DNA of 64,000 nt from Minisyncoccota bacterium. Lineage in GTDB: Bacteria > Patescibacteriota > Minisyncoccia > JAHIHE01 > JAGLIN01. Each line of letters begins with the position of its first letter. Within the stretch, counting starts at the first letter, position 1. The notes below the pieces were generated by a model that searched no databases, had not been told where the DNA came from, and saw nothing but the letters and a program-made list of their open reading frames with translations. The position numbers and the translations under genes are program-made. Where the stretch lies: contig JAGLIM010000006.1 of NCBI GenBank assembly GCA_023142995.1, positions 32,577-96,576 on the forward strand. Reading direction: 5' to 3'. Shown here piece by piece: positions 58,093-64,000 of the stretch.

Positions 58093-58240
58093 GCGGGAAC
58101 GGATTTGCCTGTCCGCCTTGGGAGGGTAATCCGTTTCTGATGTTTTGAAAATAAGTAAAATTATATTGCAAATTTTATTTTTGTAAAAACGAAAAATGAA
58201 ATTTCAAAACAAAAGGAACTGTTTGTAAAATAGTTCCCAC
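58093..58240. repeat. REPIN family G with a 19-bp nano-element at 58107-58125
   Basis: Colinear with 63424-63552, which lacks the insert. Confidence 0.8.
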
Positions 58241-58272
58241 AAAATATAAGAGGTAAATAAATGAATGAATGA

Positions 58273-58641
58273 ATGAATAAATTAACAAATGAACAACTAG
58301 TAAAGATGAAAAAATGGAAAAGAATAGACATTTTTATTATTCGTGTTATTTTGATTTGGTTTTTGTTTTCAATAATAATAATTTTTTGTTTGCCTGTTTC
58401 TTATGAAAGATTTGGTGAAGTGTGTAAATTTGTGTTTTTTGCTAATTGTATTTTACTTACAATGGAAATAATGCATCATAATTTTTTTAGATGTCCGTGT
58501 TGTGGTGCTTACCAAAAACTAGGACAGCTTAATTGTATTCATCCATATTTTGTTAATTCTTTTCCTAAATTTCCTTTAAGGTGTCGAAAATGTGATGTTT
58601 TGTTTCAATACGAATCTGAAGTTTTGGAGTCAGATTTCTAA
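58273..58641 (+). CDS. Orphan two-TM protein with zinc ribbon
   Basis: FRCPCCG..CRKC. Confidence 0.65.
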   Translation: MNKLTNEQLVKMKKWKRIDIFIIRVILIWFLFSIIIIFCLPVSYERFGEVCKFVFFANCILLTMEIMHHNFFRCPCCGAYQKLGQLNCIHPYFVNSFPKFPLRCRKCDVLFQYESEVLESDF

Positions 58642-58982
58642 TTAACATATACATTTTACTTTATAACTTTATTCACCCAGTTAAATTGCTTTGCACTTCA
58701 CTTTAGTGAAGATTTAACAGGATAAAATTTTAACTTTAGTTGAGTTGGGTAAAAGTGGAATTTAAGAAGATTAGGAGGAATAGAGATAAGAGATAGAAAG
58801 CATTTTTGGAACTCTCGTTAGCTCCATAGTCCCGTAGGGCTGTGGAGTCTGAATGCAAGCTGGTGATATTTCTTAAAATTTATTTTTTATACAAATCCTT
58901 GCATTAAAGGTTCGCTGTGTGCTGGTTAAGGATTCTGTCCTGAACCAATAACAAAAATATGCGCTTGCCAAGTTAAATTTTT

Positions 58983-59082
58983 GCGGGAACTGTTTTGTAA
59001 ACAGTTTCTAATGTTTTCTAAGCAAATAAATATTGTTGCATTTTCAAAACATTAGAAACTGGTTAAAAAAACCAGTTTCTGT
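58983..59082. repeat. REPIN family G
   Basis: GCGGGAACTGTTTTGTAAACAGTTTCT..AGAAACTGGTT-AACCAGTTTCT. Confidence 0.75.
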
Positions 59083-59166
59083 GATGAAGAAATTTTTGAC
59101 AATAAAAAAAGAGACTCGGTTTCTCTGAAATGCGGTAGAGATACCGAGCCGTATTGTTGTTATTTT

Positions 59167-59364
59167 TTATTTGTTCCTTTTTTCAATCATTCTTATAATT
59201 GTGAAAAGGAGGAATGTTATACCTATAACGGTTGCAACACCATATAGGAAACATTCTATTCCTAACACTATGTCTATTATGCACAGTAGACATAGTATTA
59301 TAATGTCTATGAAGAAAATAGCTGTTTCTATTTTCTTCCTGTCTATTGTTATTTGCATTATCAT
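59167..59364 (-). CDS. Small two-TM hypothetical protein
   Basis: Start overlaps the upstream stop (ATGA). Confidence 0.55.
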   Translation of the reverse strand: MIMQITIDRKKIETAIFFIDIIILCLLCIIDIVLGIECFLYGVATVIGITFLLFTIIRMIEKRNK

Positions 59365-59546
59365 TTCCTTCTTACTTTTCTTTCTCCGTGATACTCAGCT
59401 CTTTTTCTTTCATTCTCTTGCATCGCTAATTCTAGCTCTCCATCATTATTTGCGACCTCTTCTAGAAATGCTGTCATTACTGTGTTTGCAATTTCGTCTC
59501 TTCTTTACATATTTATTCCTCTTGTTCTTCTTATATCGCCTCTCAT
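59361..59546 (-). pseudogene. Small SD-led ORF with an internal TAA
   Basis: GGAGG-led MRGDIRRTRGINM*RRDEIANTVMTAFLEEVANNDGELELAMQENERKRAEYHGERKVRRK*. Confidence 0.5.
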
Positions 59547-59621
59547 ATTCTTTTCCTCCTTAACTAAATTATCAAATAACATTCAAATACTGACTAACTA
59601 ATTTATCATAAAATTAAAACT

Positions 59622-62276
59622 ATGTCAAGTCTTTTAAACAAAATCTTCGGAGACCCAAATGAGAAAGAATTGAAAAAAATTAAGCCGATTGTTGATGAGA
59701 TAAATAAACTGGAAGAGAAATTCCAAGGTTTTTCTGATGAGGAATTAAAAAATCAGACTAAGATATTCAGAGAAAGATTAGAAAAAAATGAAACACTTGA
59801 TCAAATTTTACCAGAAGCTTTTGCTGTCGTGCGAGAAACATCAAAAAGAGTAATGAGCCAAAGACATTATGATGTTCAGTTGATTGGCGGGATTGTTTTG
59901 CATCAAGGAAAGATCTCTGAAATGAAAACTGGAGAAGGAAAGACTCTTGTTTCAACTTTGTCTATATATTTAAATGCGATATCTGGTAAGGGAGTTCATC
60001 TTGTTACTGTTAATGATTATTTATCTAAAAGAGATGCCAACTGGATGGCGCCCATTTATCATTTTTTAGGATTGAGTGTTGGTGTGATTCAGCATGATGT
60101 ATCATACTTGTTTGATCCGCAAACAAAACCAGATGAAAACGAAGTAACAGTTGAAATGGAAAACTTAAAAGAAATAACTCGGAAAGAGGCTTATGCTTGT
60201 GATATCACTTATGGAACGAATAATGAATTTGGATTTGATTATTTAAGGGACAATATGGCAGTTAACAAGTCTCAAATGGTTCAGAGAGAGCTTAATTATG
60301 CAATTGTAGATGAGGTGGATAGTATTTTGATTGACGAAGCAAGAACTCCTTTGATCATATCTGCGCCTGATTCTGAATCAAGCACGATGTATGAGACATT
60401 TTCAAGAATCGTTCCACGATTAGAAAACGAACAAGATTATACAATTGATGAGAAAATGAGGGCTGTTAGTTTGACAGATAGTGGAATTGAAAGAGTGGAA
60501 AAAATGTTGAATATGAAAGATATTTATAATGAAGGAGGATTAATGTTCGTTCATCATCTTGAGCAAGCTTTAAAAGCAGAAATTATTTTTAAAAAAGATA
60601 AAGATTATGTTGTTAAAGAAGGAGAAGTTGTTATTATTGATGAATTTACAGGAAGAACAATGCCTGGAAGAAGATTCAGTGAAGGTCTTCATCAGGCAAT
60701 TGAAGCAAAAGAAAATGTAAAAGTTCAAAAAGAAAGCAGAACTTTGGCAACGATAACCTTTCAAAATTATTTCAGACTATATGACAAACTTGCAGGGATG
60801 ACAGGAACTGCCGTGACCAATGCAGAAGAATTTTCAAAAGTATATAGTTTAGATGTTATTATTATTCCAACGAATAAAATATTAAAAAGAATTGATAGAG
60901 TTGATTCGGTGTATAAAAATGAAAATGGAAAATTTACAGCTCTGATAAGGGAAATTACAAAAAGAAACGAAAAAGGACAACCTGTGCTTGTTGGAACGAT
61001 CTCAATTGAAAAATCTGAATTATTAAGCGAGCTTTTAAAGAAAGAAGGGATATCTCATGAAGTATTAAATGCAAAATATCATGAAAAAGAAGCATTGATA
61101 ATCTCTAATGCTGGACAAAAAGGAGCAGTCACAATTGCAACTAATATGGCAGGACGTGGAACAGATATAAAATTAGAGAAAGGTGCAGAAGAATTGGGTG
61201 GTCTTTGTATTTTTGCAACAGAAAGGCACGAAGCAAGAAGAATTGATAATCAGCTCAGAGGAAGGTCTGGTCGTCAAGGAGAGCCAGGGGAGACTCAGTT
61301 TTTTGTTTCTATGGAAGATCATCTTATGCGTGTTTTTGGTTCTGATAAAATGAAAATGATGATGGATAAGTTGGGAATTGAAGAAGATATGCCGATTGAG
61401 AATTCTTTTATTTCAAAATCTATTGAAAATGCTCAGACAAAAATTGAAGGTTATAACTTTGATATCAGAAAGCATGTTTTAGATTATGATGATGTGATGA
61501 ACAGACAAAGAGAAATTGTCTATAAGAAACGAAGAGAGGTTTTGGAAATCACTGAAAGCATTGAAAAAACAGATAAACAGATCACTAAAGATAATTTTCC
61601 TGATCTATTAAAATTAAAAGATAAGATATTAGAAATGTTTGAAAACCAATCTCAATATATTGCTTCGGTTCATAGCGCAGAAAGCAGAAGCAATTGGGAT
61701 ATAAAAGGAATATTGGAGGCAGTTAATAAAGTTGTGCCAGTAAACGGAGATTTTGAAAAAGAAGTAAAAGATAATATAAATTCTGACAAACCAGATGAAG
61801 AAGTGAGAAGTCTTATCACTGATCTGACCTTTAAAATTTTCTCTGATGCTTATAATAAAAGAGAAGATGAGATTGGATATGAAGCTGCGAGACAAATTGA
61901 AAAAATGGTAATTTTGAAAAACATTGATATGCTTTGGATGGAGCATCTTGATTCAATGGATTCTTTGCGGGATGGTATTGGACTTCAGGGCTATGGACAG
62001 AAAGATCCATTAGTAGAATACAAAAAAGAAAGTTATAGAATGTTCCAGACATTATTGGGAAGCATTGAAGAAAATGTCCTCTCATCTATATTCAAAGTTC
62101 AAGTTGTAAAAAAAGTTGAGTCTCCTATGGAGAACAAAAATATTTCCACAAGTGGAGGCGCAGAAGAATCTGCATCTCCAATTGGTCCACAGAAAAAAAT
62201 TAAGAAAATAGGAAGAAATGATCCTTGTCCTTGCGGAAGCGGAAAGAAATATAAAAAATGTTGCGGTACATCTTAG
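59622..62276 (+). CDS. secA: Preprotein translocase ATPase SecA
   Basis: MKTGEGKT, DEVDSILIDEARTPLIIS, QLRGRSGRQG, SEC-C GRNDPCPCGSGKKYKKCC. Confidence 0.98.
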   Translation: MSSLLNKIFGDPNEKELKKIKPIVDEINKLEEKFQGFSDEELKNQTKIFRERLEKNETLDQILPEAFAVVRETSKRVMSQRHYDVQLIGGIVLHQGKISEMKTGEGKTLVSTLSIYLNAISGKGVHLVTVNDYLSKRDANWMAPIYHFLGLSVGVIQHDVSYLFDPQTKPDENEVTVEMENLKEITRKEAYACDITYGTNNEFGFDYLRDNMAVNKSQMVQRELNYAIVDEVDSILIDEARTPLIISAPDSESSTMYETFSRIVPRLENEQDYTIDEKMRAVSLTDSGIERVEKMLNMKDIYNEGGLMFVHHLEQALKAEIIFKKDKDYVVKEGEVVIIDEFTGRTMPGRRFSEGLHQAIEAKENVKVQKESRTLATITFQNYFRLYDKLAGMTGTAVTNAEEFSKVYSLDVIIIPTNKILKRIDRVDSVYKNENGKFTALIREITKRNEKGQPVLVGTISIEKSELLSELLKKEGISHEVLNAKYHEKEALIISNAGQKGAVTIATNMAGRGTDIKLEKGAEELGGLCIFATERHEARRIDNQLRGRSGRQGEPGETQFFVSMEDHLMRVFGSDKMKMMMDKLGIEEDMPIENSFISKSIENAQTKIEGYNFDIRKHVLDYDDVMNRQREIVYKKRREVLEITESIEKTDKQITKDNFPDLLKLKDKILEMFENQSQYIASVHSAESRSNWDIKGILEAVNKVVPVNGDFEKEVKDNINSDKPDEEVRSLITDLTFKIFSDAYNKREDEIGYEAARQIEKMVILKNIDMLWMEHLDSMDSLRDGIGLQGYGQKDPLVEYKKESYRMFQTLLGSIEENVLSSIFKVQVVKKVESPMENKNISTSGGAEESASPIGPQKKIKKIGRNDPCPCGSGKKYKKCCGTS

Positions 62277-62316
62277 CATTTTAACATGTTAACATTTTAA
62301 CATTTTAACAAAAGTT

Positions 62317-63346
62317 TGTCATTCCTGCGGAGGCAGGAATCCAGTTAATTTCAATAAACAATATTTTTCATTGACATTATGCAAATAGTAATAATACGAA
62401 ATTTTGATTTTACGCCAAAGCAAATAGAACGCTTAAAGAAATTAGGCGATGTTAAATTTTATGGTGACTCTCCTATTACCAAAGAAGAATGGTTAAATAT
62501 AGCGAAAGAAGCGGATATTATTTGTAGTGGAAATTTTGGCTTAAAATATAACTTAAATAAATTAAAAAATGTTTTTATAACATATCCCTTTGTTGCTCTT
62601 GATGGTATTAATATTGAACAGTTGAAAAGAAATAATATTACATTGGCAAATAGTCCTGGTTGTAATAAAGATGCTGTGTCAGAATGGGTTATATCTATGA
62701 TCTTAAATTTATTTAGAAAATTTCCCCAGTTTATTAAAAATAATAATTTGCCAAAAGGTGAGATGCCAGAAATAACACAGAGTATTAAAAATAAAAATAT
62801 AACTATTTTAGGAAAAGGTAATATTGGATCAAGAGTTGGTAAATTATGCGAAACTTTTGGAATGAATATTGTATTTTTTGAAAGAGGAGATAATTTATTA
62901 GAGAAGGTTAAGAATGCGGATATGATAGTTAATTGTTTGAGTCCAAACGAAGGCACGGTTAATTTGCTAAATAAAAATTTCTTTTTCTCTTTAAAAAAAG
63001 ATTCTTATTTTATAACTTTTACAAAAAAAGAAATATATAATTCTGATGCAATGATAGAAGCTTTGGATAAAAATATTTTAAGCGGAGTTGCTGATGATTG
63101 TGCAAGTGAAATAGTTGGAGATATTTATAATGATTATTATCAAAAATTATTAAAGCACAAAAAGATTTTAGTAACTCCGCATATTGCGTGGAGCGCTGAT
63201 AGTTCTATCTACAATGGAAATGAAATGGTTATTGATAATATTGAAGCGTGGATAAATGGATGTCCGCAAAATCTGATTGAATAAAAGATTACGAAAAATA
63301 TCACTTAATTGAGACAAACTGGATTCCCGCCTCCGCGGGAATGACA
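62317..63346. mobile_element. 1030-bp unit bounded by inverted dRS3/RPE-like palindromes, carrying one gene
   Basis: TGTCATTCCTGCGGAGGCAGGAATCCAGTT (62317) and AACTGGATTCCCGCCTCCGCGGGAATGACA (63317). Confidence 0.65.
62379..63284 (+). CDS. D-isomer-specific 2-hydroxyacid dehydrogenase family protein
   Basis: NSPG..AVSE, LGKGNIG, TPHIAW. Confidence 0.85.
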   Translation: MQIVIIRNFDFTPKQIERLKKLGDVKFYGDSPITKEEWLNIAKEADIICSGNFGLKYNLNKLKNVFITYPFVALDGINIEQLKRNNITLANSPGCNKDAVSEWVISMILNLFRKFPQFIKNNNLPKGEMPEITQSIKNKNITILGKGNIGSRVGKLCETFGMNIVFFERGDNLLEKVKNADMIVNCLSPNEGTVNLLNKNFFFSLKKDSYFITFTKKEIYNSDAMIEALDKNILSGVADDCASEIVGDIYNDYYQKLLKHKKILVTPHIAWSADSSIYNGNEMVIDNIEAWINGCPQNLIE

Positions 63347-63423
63347 GGTTTTGTCTTGTGAAGTAAATAATAGATAAAACCAAAAATACAAAAGATCCTG
63401 AGACAAGGATGACAAAATTTTAA

Positions 63424-63552
63424 GCGGGAACGGATTTGCAATCCGTTTCTAATGTTTTGAAAGCAGGTTAAATTGTATTATGAATTGTGTTTATATAAAA
63501 AACGCAAAACGAAACTTAAAAACAAAAAAACTGGTTTCAAACCAGTTCTCGC
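63424..63552. repeat. REPIN family G
   Basis: GCGGGAACGGATTTGCAATCCGTTTCT..AACTGGTTTCAAACCAGTTCTCGC. Confidence 0.8.
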
Positions 63553-63680
63553 TAGTGTTTAGTGTTAAATTTGACAATCTAGCAATTCTAATATAAATTT
63601 AATCTTATAAGCAATAAACAAATAATAGAAAAAAGCAGTTTTTCTAACTTTACGAACTTTTAACTTACTAACTCCGTTCT

Positions 63681-64000
63681 ATGTCTAGTAAAAGAAAAAT
63701 ATCATTGAATTTTCTGATAATTATAGTTTTGACAGTTATAACTGGCTATATTGTCTATCCTCACAATCAAGGGATTAAAATTCAAAATTACGGGATAAAC
63801 TATTATAACGATTTGAACTTTCATCTTGGTCTTGATCTGCAAGGAGGGACGCATTTAGTCTATCAGTCTGACCTGTCGCAGATACAAGAAGATGAAAAAG
63901 AATCTGCCATTGAGGGAGTTAGGGATGTTATTGAAAGAAGAGTGAACGCTTTTGGAGTTTCTGAACCTATTGTTCAAACATCTAAAAAAGATCGTATCAT
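63681..64000 (+). CDS. secD: Protein translocase subunit SecD, N-terminal part
   Basis: Manual translation: TM, LGLDLQGGTHLVY, VIERRVNAFGVSEP. Confidence 0.93.
   Translation, partial: MSSKRKISLNFLIIIVLTVITGYIVYPHNQGIKIQNYGINYYNDLNFHLGLDLQGGTHLVYQSDLSQIQEDEKESAIEGVRDVIERRVNAFGVSEPIVQTSKKDRI

Noticed and set aside
59171-59563. Plus-strand 130-aa ORF
   Set aside because: Shadow of purine-rich, SD-led minus-strand ORFs
1-64000. tRNA, rRNA or prophage
   Set aside because: No cloverleaf, rRNA-like or phage structural genes recognised by eye; a tRNAscan/Infernal run would be needed to be sure

Overview
AT-rich, gene-dense bacterial chromosome segment. Gene content points to Patescibacteria (CPR/Parcubacteria-like), which is an inference from a VirB2/TrbC-type pilin tail, PsbP-like and KVY..KRWI surface repeats, a membrane-anchored Clp ATPase, Elp3 and mostly Shine-Dalgarno-less core genes. 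It carries surface proteins, an ECF sigma/anti-sigma pair with three perfectly spaced candidate promoters, a GldA/F/G-like ABC system, one complete IS1202-type IS with a 16-bp target duplication, tRNA-modification genes, a dispersed cell-wall cluster (mraY, murD-like, ftsW, murG, murC, murB), hpf, secA and the start of secD. No rRNA, tRNA or CRISPR array was recognised. Most striking: (1) at least ten families of short palindromic repeats that nest inside each other, including 19-bp and 24-26-bp nano-elements inserted into the loops of other hairpins; these repeats sit in frame inside six proteins (Elp3, NlpC/P60, MurD, the PLP enzyme, MurB, MFS) and one pair brackets a whole cargo gene; (2) an unannotated LysW-like zinc-ribbon gene, a PLP enzyme and an ATP-grasp ligase embedded next to divergent MurD and MurG; (3) SD-led orphan genes with archaeal-looking features such as a PGF-CTERM tail; (4) Elp3 near a Trm9-like methyltransferase. 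All calls were made by eye without database searches.
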